A DNA stretch of 64,000 nt from Gaiellaceae bacterium (GTDB lineage: Bacteria > Actinomycetota > Thermoleophilia > Gaiellales > Gaiellaceae), in assembly GCA_036496985.1 (NCBI GenBank), contig DASXKE010000202.1, forward strand, positions 4,678 to 68,677, in the 5' to 3' direction. Under the pieces are notes generated by a model. That model was not told the DNA's origin. It ran no database searches and was given only the letters and a program-made list of their open reading frames with translations. The translations under genes were made by a program, and so were the position numbers. Positions 20,255 through 29,279 of this stretch are shown in pieces. The first letter of the stretch is position 1, and every line of letters starts with the position of its first letter.

Positions 20255-21471
20255 GCGAGACGACGCCGCGCCTACTGCTGCGCGACCTCGCGCAGCTCGC
20301 GACGCCGGCCGGCGTGCATGCTCCGCTGCGGGGATCCGCGCTGGGAGAGATTGATGTCCTCGAGGACGCCTTCGTCCTCTGCGCCGGCGAGACGATCGAG
20401 ACCGTCGGGCGGATGCGCGACCTGCCGGTACTCGACGGCGAGGTCCTGGAGGTTGACTGTCATGGGCAGTGCGCGGTTCCAGGGTTGGTCGACTGCCACA
20501 CGCACGCGGCGTTCGGTGGCGATCGCGTCGACGAGTTCTCACTCCGGGCCGGCGGGGCGAGCTACGAAGAGCTCCATGCGGCGGGCGGCGGCATCCTCTC
20601 GACCGTTCGCGCCACGCGCGCTGCCGGGGAGGCGCAGCTGCTGGCCGCTGTCCTGGAACACCGGGAGTGGATGCTCCGCGAGGGCACGACGACCTTCGAG
20701 GCGAAGTCGGGCTACGGGCTCGACCGTGACACGGAGCTCGCGTCGCTTCGCGCGATCCGGGACGCGGGTGGCATCCCGACCTGGCTCGGCGCCCACGCAG
20801 TCCCGCCGGAGTTCGCCGCTGCGGACGCCTACCTCGACTTCGCGATCGTTGAGGTGCTGCCCGAAGCCGCGGAGCTTGCCGAAGCGGCCGACGTATTCCT
20901 CGAGCGCGGAGCCTTCGATGTCGCGCAGGCGAGGCGCTACCTCGAGGCGTGCCGGGCCGCCGGGCTCGCCTTGCGACTGCACGGAGACCAGTTCACGGAG
21001 TCGGGTGCGATCCCGTTGGCGGTTGAGCTCGGTGCGCGCTCGGTCGACCATCTCGAGGCAACCGGCGAGGAGGGGATCCGGACGCTCGCGGCGAGCGACG
21101 TGGTGGGGGTGCTCCTTCCGGCGAGCGCGCTCTTTCTCGACCGGCCGATGCCCCCTGCGCGGGTGCTCGTCGATGCCGGCGCCGCAGTCGCGCTGGCGAC
21201 CGACTTCAACCCGGGCAGCGCGTTCTGCCAGAGCCTTCCGCTCGTTTGCTCGCTCGCGGCCACGCAGCTGCACCTGGCACCGGCGGAGGCGCTGTCCGCG
21301 TGCACGGTCAACGCCGCCCACGTACTCGGCCGGGCCGATCGCAGCGGCCGCCTCGCGCCAGGATTCCGGGCCGACGTCACGCTGCTCGACGCGCTCGACT
21401 GGCGCTACCTCGCCTACCACCTCGGCGGTCGCGTCGTTGCCAGAGTGGTCGTCGGGGGCGAGCTACGCTAG
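20251..21471 (+). CDS. hutI: Imidazolonepropionase
   Basis: GLVDCHTH metal motif, amidohydrolase fold. GTGA overlap with hutU. Confidence 0.9.
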
Positions 21472-21477
21472 CCGCCC

Positions 21478-21933
21478 ATGCCGACGAGGAAGCAACGGCG
21501 CCGCGCGGCGAAGGACCGCCGCCACGACTACGAGACCGTCTGGGTCGATCCCGACACCGGTGACGAGGTCGAGCCTCCGGACGACTACGTCGAGTCGACG
21601 GCCGCAAAGCCTGAGAAGTCCGAGGACAGCAAGCCGAAGGCGAAGGCGAAAGCTCAGCCTCAGCGCGGCAGCAGACAGGTGCGCGTTCCGCCGGCGCCGT
21701 CCTGGCAGCGTTCCGTGAAGCGCTCGGTGATCATCGGCGTCGCGCTGTTCGCGGTCATTTATCTCCTCGGCACGAAGAACGGCAACCACAGCCTCGCGAG
21801 TGCGTTACTCCTGGCAGGCATCTACACCGTGATCTTCATCCCGGCCCAGTACGCGATCGATCGTTTCGCGCACATGCGCTGGCAGCGGCGCGCCGACCAG
21901 GAAGCCGCGAAGCGGCCGGCTAAGCGGCGCTGA
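21478..21933 (+). CDS. Hypothetical membrane protein (basic/acidic N-terminus, 2 TM)
   Basis: GC3-rich ORF with TM segments VIIGVALFAVIYLLG and LLLAGIYTVIFIPA. No family recognised. Confidence 0.45.
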   Translation: MPTRKQRRRAAKDRRHDYETVWVDPDTGDEVEPPDDYVESTAAKPEKSEDSKPKAKAKAQPQRGSRQVRVPPAPSWQRSVKRSVIIGVALFAVIYLLGTKNGNHSLASALLLAGIYTVIFIPAQYAIDRFAHMRWQRRADQEAAKRPAKRR

Positions 21934-22025
21934 CGCGAGGCTCGGCCCGGTCGCCGCGATGGTGGCCTGCGCCGGGCCACGGCGCGAGCATCCCGCACCC
22001 CGCGAGCGGCTGGCCAGTGCTGCAC

Positions 22026-22031
22026 TAGACT
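22026..22031 (+). promoter_or_regulatory. -10-like box TAGACT, 7 nt upstream of GTG 22039
   Basis: Read directly. Confidence 0.45.
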
Positions 22032-22038
22032 CGCCGCC

Positions 22039-22674
22039 GTGCCACTCGCGGTCGACAGATACCAGCTTGGCCCGCTCGACACGAACTGCTACGTGGTCCG
22101 TCGCGAACGGAGCGCGGCCGAGTGCGCGGTCATCGACCCAGGAGGCGACGCGGCCAACCTTCGCCTCGAGCTTGCACGGCTCGGCACGTCGTGTGCCGCG
22201 ATCCTCGTCACGCACGGGCATTTCGACCACCTCGGCGGCGTCGCCGACCTGGCCGAGGGCACAGGCGCCGAGGTCTGGATGCCGGAAGGCGAGCGAGAGC
22301 GGCTCGAGCGCTACCCGGAATTCGCGCCGGCCGGCGTGCCGGGACGCCCTCACGCGCCCGAGCATCTCGTGAGCGGCGGCGAGACGGTCGAGGTCGCAGG
22401 CATCTCGTTCGAGTGCCTCGCGGTGCCGGGTCACTCGCCCGCGCACGTCGCGTTCTACGCCGAAGGCGAGCTCTTCAGCGGCGATCTCCTCTTCGCCGGC
22501 TCGGTCGGCCGCGTCGACCTGCCCGGCGCCGACTGGGACACGCTCCTCGACTCGGTGCGGATGCTCGCCGAGCGACTTCCACCGGAGACAGTCGTCCATC
22601 CGGGCCACGGCCACGAGACGACCCTCGGCGTCGAGCTCGCACGTAATCCGTTCCTGGCTGAACTGCGCGCATGA
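22039..22674 (+). CDS. MBL-fold metallo-hydrolase (glyoxalase II-like)
   Basis: THGHFDHLGG zinc motif, and GHSPAH later in the protein. Confidence 0.8.
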   Translation: MPLAVDRYQLGPLDTNCYVVRRERSAAECAVIDPGGDAANLRLELARLGTSCAAILVTHGHFDHLGGVADLAEGTGAEVWMPEGERERLERYPEFAPAGVPGRPHAPEHLVSGGETVEVAGISFECLAVPGHSPAHVAFYAEGELFSGDLLFAGSVGRVDLPGADWDTLLDSVRMLAERLPPETVVHPGHGHETTLGVELARNPFLAELRA

Positions 22675-23891
22675 CCAAGTTCCAGGCGCCGCGCGGGACG
22701 CACGACGTCCTGCCGCGCGACCATCTGTGGTGGCGCGTGCTCCGCACGATCGAGGAGCAGTCCGCGCAGTACGGCTGGTCGCGGGTCGCGACGCCCGGGT
22801 TCGAGGAGACGGCGCTGTTCGAGCGGACAGCGGGCGAGGCGTCCGACGTCGTGCACAAGGAGATGTACTCGTTCGAGGACCGCGGCGGCCGCTCGATCAC
22901 GCTGCGCCCCGAGGGGACGGCGCCGATCGCCCGGGCGTACGTCGAGCACGGCCTCGCGCAGGAGCCGCAGCCCGTCAAGGCGTTCACGATCGCGCCGATG
23001 TACCGGTACTCGCGGCCCGGTCGCGGCCGGTATCGCGAGCACTGGCAGCTTTCGCTCGAGGCGATCGGCTCGGCGGATCCCGCGATCGACGCCGAGGTGA
23101 TCCAGTACTACGCCGAACTTCTGCGCCGACTCGGCGTGACGGAATGGGAGCTGCATCTCAACTCGATCGGTGACGCGAACTGCCGGCCGCAATACGTGGC
23201 ACGGCTCAACGAGTGGCTCGACGCCCATCCCGAGCTCGTCGACGAGGAGATCGCGCACAAACGCGCGACGAGCGTCCTCCAGGTCTTCGACGTCAAGAAC
23301 GAGAAGGTCCTCGCCGCTCTCGCCCACGCGCCGAAGATCGGCGACTCGCTTTGCGACGCCTGCCGTGAGCACTTCGACGCCGTGCGGTCGCACCTCGACG
23401 CGTACGGCGTTCGGTACGTCCTCGACCCGGCGCTCGTGCGCGGCCTCGACTACTACACGCGTACGACCTTCGAGTTCGTCGGCCCCGAGGAGAACGTCAA
23501 CTCCACGATCTGCGGCGGCGGCCGCTACGACGGCCTCGTCGAGGCGGTCGGTGGGCCGGCAACGCCCGCGATCGGCTTTGGCGCCGGGATCGAGCGGCTG
23601 CTGCTCGCAATTGAGAGGGAAGGCGCGACCGCGGAGGCGCCGCGGCTCGATCTCTTCGTCGCCTTCGAGGAGCTCGAGCTGCGCGGTCGGCTCCTCCCGC
23701 AGATCGCGAAGTGGCGGGCGGAGGGTCGGTCGGTGGACACCGACTACGCTGGCCGCTCGATGAAGGGGCAGCTCACGCAGGCGCAGCGCCTCGGCGCGGA
23801 GACGGTCGTCGTCGTGCGCAGCGACGGCACGTACGAGGTGCGTCGGCGCGGGGAGGAGGACCGCGTCGTAAGCTCGCTCGCGGAGATCTAG
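22671..23891 (+). CDS. hisS: Histidine--tRNA ligase
   Basis: Class II motifs: RPEGTAPIARAY, YRYSRPGRGRYREHWQ, GGGRYDGL. Confidence 0.92.
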   Translation: MTKFQAPRGTHDVLPRDHLWWRVLRTIEEQSAQYGWSRVATPGFEETALFERTAGEASDVVHKEMYSFEDRGGRSITLRPEGTAPIARAYVEHGLAQEPQPVKAFTIAPMYRYSRPGRGRYREHWQLSLEAIGSADPAIDAEVIQYYAELLRRLGVTEWELHLNSIGDANCRPQYVARLNEWLDAHPELVDEEIAHKRATSVLQVFDVKNEKVLAALAHAPKIGDSLCDACREHFDAVRSHLDAYGVRYVLDPALVRGLDYYTRTTFEFVGPEENVNSTICGGGRYDGLVEAVGGPATPAIGFGAGIERLLLAIEREGATAEAPRLDLFVAFEELELRGRLLPQIAKWRAEGRSVDTDYAGRSMKGQLTQAQRLGAETVVVVRSDGTYEVRRRGEEDRVVSSLAEI

Positions 23892-25634
23892 ATGACCTGG
23901 CGTGACGTGATGTGCGGTGAGCTGCGGGCGCACGACGCCGGCCGTCGCGTCACGGTCGCGGGCTGGGCCGACACGCGCCGCGACCACGGTGGGCTCGTCT
24001 TCGTCGACCTTCGCGACGCCGCCGGGAAAGTGCAACTGGTCATCAATCCCGAGCGCTCGTCCGAGGCCGTCGGGATTGCGCACGAGATCCGGAACGAGTT
24101 CGTCCTCCAGGCGACGGGTGAAGTCGTGACGCGCGCGCCGGAGCTCATCAACCCCAACTTGCCGACGGGTCAGATCGAGGTGCAGGTGGACGAGCTGCGG
24201 ATCCTCTCGCGGTCGACGCCCCTCCCGTTCCAGCTCGACGAGGAGAACGTCGACGAGACTCTCCGCCTTCGCTATCGCTGGCTCGACCTGCGGCGGGAGC
24301 GGCTGCAGCGGAACATCCGGCTGCGTGGCCGGATGGTCGGGATCATGCGGCGCTTGATGGAGAACGCCGGCTTCGTCGACATCCAGACGCCGATCCTCTG
24401 GAAGCCGACTCCGGAGGGCGCGCGCGATTTCCTCGTTCCGGCGCGACTCCAGCCGAGCCACTTCTACGCCCTTCCGCAGTCGCCCCAGATCGCGAAGCAG
24501 CTCCTCGTGATCGCCGGCTTCGAGCGCTACTTCCAGATCGCGATTTGCTTCCGGGACGAGGACCTTCGTGCCGACCGGGTGCAGGAGATCACACAGCTCG
24601 ACGTCGAGATGGCGTTTCCCGACCACGAGGAGCTCATCGGCCTTACCGAACAGCTTGTCAAGACGATCTGGCAGGAGTGCCTCGGCGTCGAGTTCGAGAC
24701 GCCGTTCGTGCGCATGACGTGGGATGAGGCCGATCGCCGCTTCGGAACCGACAAGCCCGACCTGCGCTACGGGCTCGAGATCGAAAACGCAACCGAGGCC
24801 ACCCGGGGCTCGGAGTTCGGCGTGTTCGCGTCGGCCGAGGCCGTCCGCTTCCTTCGAGCGCCGCGCACGTTTTCGCGCGCCGAGCTCGCCGAGCTCGAGG
24901 AGTTCGCCAAGGGCTGGGGGGCGAAAGGGCTCGCCTACCTGATCTACGACGAGTCGGGCGAGGTGCGCTCGCCGATAGCGAAGTTCCTCTCGGAGGAAAC
25001 GCTCGTAGCGCTCGACGGCAAGCCCGGAGAGACGCTGCTCTTCGCGGCCGACGCCTGGCCGATGACGTCGCGGGTGCTCGGAGCGTTGCGCATCCACCTG
25101 GCCGAGACGCTCGGGCTGATCGACGAGGGCGCTTGGTCGTGGCTCTGGGTGACCGACTTCCCGATGTTCGAGTGGTCGGAGACCGACGATCGCTGGACGG
25201 CCGTCCACCATCCGTTCACGCGGCCGACGGCGGACTGGGAGGAGCGCTTCGATCAGGATCCCGGCGCCGCGCGAGCACTCGCGTACGACTTGATCGGCAA
25301 CGGGAACGAGCTCGCCGGCGGCTCCTTCCGGATCCACGAGCCTGAGATCCAGGCGCGCGTCTTCGACTTGCTCGGGATCAGCCCCGAGCAGCAGCGCGCA
25401 AAGTTCGGCTTCCTGCTCGACGCCCTCGCGATGGGCGCACCGCCGCACGGCGGCATCGCGTGGGGCGTCGACCGGACGATGATGGTGCTCGCGAGTGAAC
25501 CCAACCTCCGCGACACGATCGCCTTCCCGAAGAACCAGGCCGGCGTCGACCCGATGACCGGTGCGCCGAGCGACGCCGAGGCAGGCCATCTGCGCGAGCT
25601 GGGGCTGCGGCTGCTCGACCCCGAGCCCGAGTAG
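23892..25634 (+). CDS. aspS: Aspartate--tRNA ligase
   Basis: OB-fold N-terminus RDHGGLVFVDLRD, FYALPQSPQ, FRDEDLRADR, GGIAWGVDR. Confidence 0.92.
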   Translation: MTWRDVMCGELRAHDAGRRVTVAGWADTRRDHGGLVFVDLRDAAGKVQLVINPERSSEAVGIAHEIRNEFVLQATGEVVTRAPELINPNLPTGQIEVQVDELRILSRSTPLPFQLDEENVDETLRLRYRWLDLRRERLQRNIRLRGRMVGIMRRLMENAGFVDIQTPILWKPTPEGARDFLVPARLQPSHFYALPQSPQIAKQLLVIAGFERYFQIAICFRDEDLRADRVQEITQLDVEMAFPDHEELIGLTEQLVKTIWQECLGVEFETPFVRMTWDEADRRFGTDKPDLRYGLEIENATEATRGSEFGVFASAEAVRFLRAPRTFSRAELAELEEFAKGWGAKGLAYLIYDESGEVRSPIAKFLSEETLVALDGKPGETLLFAADAWPMTSRVLGALRIHLAETLGLIDEGAWSWLWVTDFPMFEWSETDDRWTAVHHPFTRPTADWEERFDQDPGAARALAYDLIGNGNELAGGSFRIHEPEIQARVFDLLGISPEQQRAKFGFLLDALAMGAPPHGGIAWGVDRTMMVLASEPNLRDTIAFPKNQAGVDPMTGAPSDAEAGHLRELGLRLLDPEPE

Positions 25635-25645
25635 TTCTCGCCGCT

Positions 25646-26050
25646 CTAGAAGGCGCGCATGCGGTTGTTTCGCGGGTTGTGCTCGACCTCGGCTTTCCCC
25701 AGTGCCTCGAGGAGCGGCGGCAGGTACATGCCGAAGCGGCCGCGGAGGCCGTTCTTGAGGCCGTACCAGCCGCCGACCGGGTTGTCCGGGGAGCGTCCCC
25801 ACGCCTCGACCGTCCCATCTCGCGCGGGCTTCTGCTCGTCGGAGCTCCCGAGCTCGACCCAGTCGCCGCGTTCCGTCAGCATCGCGTGCAGATCGTCGAT
25901 CGCCCGGGCGTCGTAGAGCAGGGTCGTCTTGCCGACCACGCACACGAGCACCTTCCGTCCGTCGCGCTCGTCGAGGAACATCTCGTAGTCCGAGGTCAGC
26001 GGCGGAGTCTTCAGCCGCCAGGGATCGTCCTTCGATCCTGTCCCGCTCAT
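25646..26050 (-). CDS. Hypothetical protein (134 aa)
   Basis: GC3-rich ORF. ATGA overlap with the upstream ABM-like gene. The rest of the 436-aa track ORF is an antisense artefact. Confidence 0.5.
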   Translation of the reverse strand: MSGTGSKDDPWRLKTPPLTSDYEMFLDERDGRKVLVCVVGKTTLLYDARAIDDLHAMLTERGDWVELGSSDEQKPARDGTVEAWGRSPDNPVGGWYGLKNGLRGRFGMYLPPLLEALGKAEVEHNPRNNRMRAF

Positions 26051-26352
26051 CGCCCTGCCTCGAAGAGCCGGTACGAGCCGATCTCGTCCACCTGGCTCAC
26101 CACTGGCGGCTCGTCGCACCGGTCTCTGATCCCTTCCTGGAATCGTCGGAACGCGGCGTTCGTCGACAACGGGTTGGGCTCGCCGTGCTGGGCGATGTGG
26201 ATGAAGGTGACGCCGTCGGGGAGCTTGACGGTGGCGTACTGCAGGCCGTCGGGCTGCGAGGCCGCAAGCTCCTCGTACACGGCGCGGACGAGTTCCTCGT
26301 TCTCGGCGACACGGTCGGGCTGGACGCGGTACCGAACCATCACATGTGGCAT
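26047..26352 (-). CDS. Dimeric alpha/beta-barrel (ABM monooxygenase-like) protein
   Basis: About 100 aa, MPHVMVRYRVQPDRVAENEELVRAVYEEL. GGAGG lies 6 nt upstream of ATG 26352. Divergent from a TetR gene. Confidence 0.55.
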   Translation of the reverse strand: MPHVMVRYRVQPDRVAENEELVRAVYEELAASQPDGLQYATVKLPDGVTFIHIAQHGEPNPLSTNAAFRRFQEGIRDRCDEPPVVSQVDEIGSYRLFEAGR

Positions 26353-26365
26353 GTCGACCTCCTGA

Positions 26366-26379
26366 AAACCGATCGGTTT
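26366..26379. promoter_or_regulatory. Perfect 14-bp palindrome AAACCGATCGGTTT (candidate TetR operator 1)
   Basis: Read directly, 13 nt upstream of the ABM-like gene start. Confidence 0.55.
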
Positions 26380-26410
26380 CTGGTTGGTCGCGACTATACA
26401 GCAGTAGGAA

Positions 26411-26420
26411 ACCGATCGGT
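26411..26420. promoter_or_regulatory. 10-bp palindrome ACCGATCGGT (candidate TetR operator 2, same core)
   Basis: Read directly, 14 nt upstream of the TetR ATG. Centre-to-centre spacing to operator 1 is 43 bp. Confidence 0.5.
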
Positions 26421-26434
26421 ACCATGATGCCAAG

Positions 26435-26995
26435 ATGGATGCTGAAGACACACGGATAGCGGCGGTTGCGGCCGATCGCTTCCACGAGTGCGGCATTACC
26501 GCGACGGGCGTTGCGGAGCTCAGTCGCGCCGCCGGGGTGTCGAAGCGGACGCTGTATCAGCGGTTCGGCTCGAAGGACGGGCTCGTGACGGCGGCGTACG
26601 AATCGCTCGACCTGCCCGTCTACCGGATGCTCACCGCGACGATCGACCGCGAGGTCACCGACCCGTGCGAGCAGCTCGACGCGTTCTTCGCCCAGCTCGG
26701 GCCCATTCTCGGCTCGCCCGACTTCCGTGGTTGCCCCTTCACGAACGCCGCCTCCGAGCTCCCCGACCCGGCCCACCCGGCGCACACCGTGGTTCGCCGT
26801 CACAAGGAGCGCGTGCGGCGCTGGCTGCGTGAGCGGGCGAAAAAGGCGGGCGCGAGAGATCCGGGAACCCTGTCGCGCCAGCTGATGCTCGTCTTCGCCG
26901 GTGCGCAGGCCGAGGCGCTGATCGAACAGTCGGGGCGGCCGGCCCGCGACGCGCAACGCCTCGCCGCGCAGCTGATCGAAGCCGAAATCGACTGA
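26435..26995 (+). CDS. TetR/AcrR family transcriptional regulator
   Basis: N-terminal HTH region FHECGITATGVAELSRAAGVSKRTLYQRFGSKDGL. Confidence 0.85.
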   Translation: MDAEDTRIAAVAADRFHECGITATGVAELSRAAGVSKRTLYQRFGSKDGLVTAAYESLDLPVYRMLTATIDREVTDPCEQLDAFFAQLGPILGSPDFRGCPFTNAASELPDPAHPAHTVVRRHKERVRRWLRERAKKAGARDPGTLSRQLMLVFAGAQAEALIEQSGRPARDAQRLAAQLIEAEID

Positions 26996-27186
26996 CGCGC
27001 GCTACAGTCTCCGAGCTCGGTCCCGTGCGCCGAATCGGGCACACATGTAGATCCAACGCTACGTGAAAGGGAGCCGGCGTCCTGCCAAGGCATTTGCCGA
27101 CAGTAGGCACGGCACCCACCTGGGAGACCAGGATCACATAGTTCGGTTTGGACGCCGGGACCGGGCGCTCATCTACGGTGAGCGCC

Positions 27187-28440
27187 ATGCAGGAGATCTT
27201 CGGAGACTCGAGCCGCGCCGGCGAGTGGGCGGCAGTCCGGTTGCACGTCGACGACGATCGGATCGTGGAGGCGTACGCACCGGGGCTCGATCGCGACCTC
27301 GCCGGGCTGACGCTCCTCGAAGCGGCGTCGGTGGGCGGGGAGACGCTCGCGGTCGACGCGCTCGCGAACGCGCTCGGGCCGGTCTTCCGCGCCGAGCCGT
27401 CGCCCGGGCGTCTGGCGGTCGCGATGAGCGGCGGCGTCGACAGCGCCGTCGCGCTCCTGCGTTCGTTGCCGAACGCGATCGGCGTGACGCTCCGCCTGTG
27501 GCTCGACCCGGCAGGCCCGGATTCCGAGCGCGCCTGCTGCTCGCCCGAAAGCGTGATCGCGGCTCGTGAGACGTGTCACCGGCTCGGCGTGCCGCACGTG
27601 ACGCTCGACCTGCGCGAGGAGTTCCGCCGCGCTGTGGTCGCTCCCTTCGTTCGTAGCTACGCGCGCGGCGAGACCCCGAACCCTTGCACGCGCTGCAACG
27701 GCGGATTCCGGTTCGCCGAGCTCCTCTCCTTCGCGCGGCGTGCCGGCGCCGATCGCCTGGCGACCGGCCACTATGCGCGCATCGTCGAGCGCGACGGACG
27801 GCTCCTCCTTGCGCGCGGCTCAGATCCCGCGAAGGACCAGAGCTACATGCTCGGCGGCCTCGATCCCGCCAAGCTCGCACGCATTGCGTTTCCGCTCGGC
27901 GAGCAGGACAAGGACGCGACCCGCGCCGAGGCCGACCGCGCGGGACTTGCCGCCGCGCGCCGGCCCGACAGCCAGGAGGCGTGCTTCCTGGCCGGTGACG
28001 ACTACCGCGCGTTCCTCGGCCGCCAGGGGCTGGAGGCGGAGGAGGGCACGATCGTGGCGGAGGACGGGAGTGAGCTCGGGCGCCACGACGGGTACTGGCG
28101 GTTCACTCCGGGCCAGCGGCGGGGCCTCCGGCTCGCCGCGCCGGAGCCGCTCTACGTGCTCGGCACGCGGCCGGCGGAAAATGCCGTGGTCGTCGGCCCG
28201 CGTTCGGCGCTTGCGCGTACCGAGGTGACCGCGCGCGGGCGGCTCTACGCAGCGGCCGAGCGGGTAGAGGCAAAGCTCCGCTACCGCTCGCCGGCGGTGC
28301 CGGCCCGCGTCGAGGCGACCACCCGCGGCTTCCGCCTCGAGCTCGACGAGCCCGTCTTCGGCGTCGCGCCGGGCCAGGCCGCGGTGCTCTACGACGGCGA
28401 TGTAGTCGTCGGATATGGCCTGATCGGCGCATCCCACTAA
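27187..28440 (+). CDS. mnmA: tRNA 2-thiouridine(34) synthase MnmA with an N-terminal extension of about 75 aa
   Basis: PP-loop AMSGGVDSAVA, catalytic Cys regions ERACCSPE and NPCTRCN. The extension is GC3-rich, so it appears to be coding. Confidence 0.85.
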   Translation: MQEIFGDSSRAGEWAAVRLHVDDDRIVEAYAPGLDRDLAGLTLLEAASVGGETLAVDALANALGPVFRAEPSPGRLAVAMSGGVDSAVALLRSLPNAIGVTLRLWLDPAGPDSERACCSPESVIAARETCHRLGVPHVTLDLREEFRRAVVAPFVRSYARGETPNPCTRCNGGFRFAELLSFARRAGADRLATGHYARIVERDGRLLLARGSDPAKDQSYMLGGLDPAKLARIAFPLGEQDKDATRAEADRAGLAAARRPDSQEACFLAGDDYRAFLGRQGLEAEEGTIVAEDGSELGRHDGYWRFTPGQRRGLRLAAPEPLYVLGTRPAENAVVVGPRSALARTEVTARGRLYAAAERVEAKLRYRSPAVPARVEATTRGFRLELDEPVFGVAPGQAAVLYDGDVVVGYGLIGASH

Positions 28441-28452
28441 GATCGGACCCGG

Positions 28453-28911
28453 ATGCTGGTCGCGGCGTTCACATGGGGCGACCTCTGGCGGCTGGGGCTC
28501 GCCGTGTTTCTGCTCGCCGTCGGCATCACGCTCGCGTTCCTCCTCGTGCGACTGGCCGGAACCGCCGCGCAGGTTTCCACGTTCATCCGTGGAGCGGGAG
28601 ATTCCGTTCTCCCGGTGGTCGACAAGGTTGGAGGGAGCGTGGACCGGGTGAATGTGCAGCTCGACAAGGTGGATCGCATCACCGACAGCGCCGTGGACGC
28701 CGCAGACAGCGTCGACACGGCTGTGCGGGCGGTGAACTATGCGATCACACGTCCGGTGCAGAAGGTCTCGGGCATGGCCGCCGGAGTGAGCTTCGGCGCC
28801 GCCGACTTCAAGGTGAGCCGCGACTGGCGCCACGCGGTTGAGGCCGGGAAGGAGGCCGCGGCCCGACGCGAGAGAGATCTCGCCGAGGAGCTGCGGGACG
28901 CGGGGAAATGA
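28453..28911 (+). CDS. DUF948-like membrane-anchored coiled-coil protein
   Basis: N-terminal TM segment LGLAVFLLAVGITLAFLLV followed by repetitive V/D/S-rich helices. The family assignment is from memory only. Confidence 0.45.
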   Translation: MLVAAFTWGDLWRLGLAVFLLAVGITLAFLLVRLAGTAAQVSTFIRGAGDSVLPVVDKVGGSVDRVNVQLDKVDRITDSAVDAADSVDTAVRAVNYAITRPVQKVSGMAAGVSFGAADFKVSRDWRHAVEAGKEAAARRERDLAEELRDAGK

Positions 28912-29279
28912 ACGCCGAAGAGATCCGGCTGATCATCCCGGCCGAGGAGGATTTCAGGCCGATCGCGCATCTCGTCACCGGCGGGCTCGCGACGAGGCTC
29001 GATGTGACGTACGACGACCTCGACGACCTCCAGGTCGGGATCGAGGCGCTGCTCGCCCTTCGCGACGATGCTGACGAGCTCGTCGTCTCCCTCTCGGCCG
29101 ACGACGGCGTACTGCACGCAGCGCTCGGGCCGTTCCCGCCCGAGAAGGTCCACGCGGCGGAGTCGGACGGCGGGCTGGATTTGCGGCGCGTCCTCGAGAC
29201 CGTCTGCGACACGCACGAGGTCGAGGAGCGTGACGGCGGCGCGTGGGTCGAGCTGAGCAAGCGGGTGGTCGCGGAATGA
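28908..29279 (+). CDS. RsbW/UsfX-position anti-sigma-like protein with degenerate ATP-binding motifs
   Basis: ATGA-coupled on both sides, directly upstream of a SigF-type sigma gene. The layout IRLIIPAEEDFRPIAHLV...LQVGIEALLA...GGAWVELSK resembles the HATPase fold but lacks the N-box Asn and DxGxG. Confidence 0.4.
   Translation: MNAEEIRLIIPAEEDFRPIAHLVTGGLATRLDVTYDDLDDLQVGIEALLALRDDADELVVSLSADDGVLHAALGPFPPEKVHAAESDGGLDLRRVLETVCDTHEVEERDGGAWVELSKRVVAE

Noticed and set aside
22455-25943. 1162-aa minus-strand ORF spanning the whole hisS-aspS region
   Set aside because: It is antisense to two unmistakable aminoacyl-tRNA synthetase genes. The translation is Arg/Pro/Ala/Gly-rich low-complexity sequence, typical of stop-free antisense frames in high-GC DNA.
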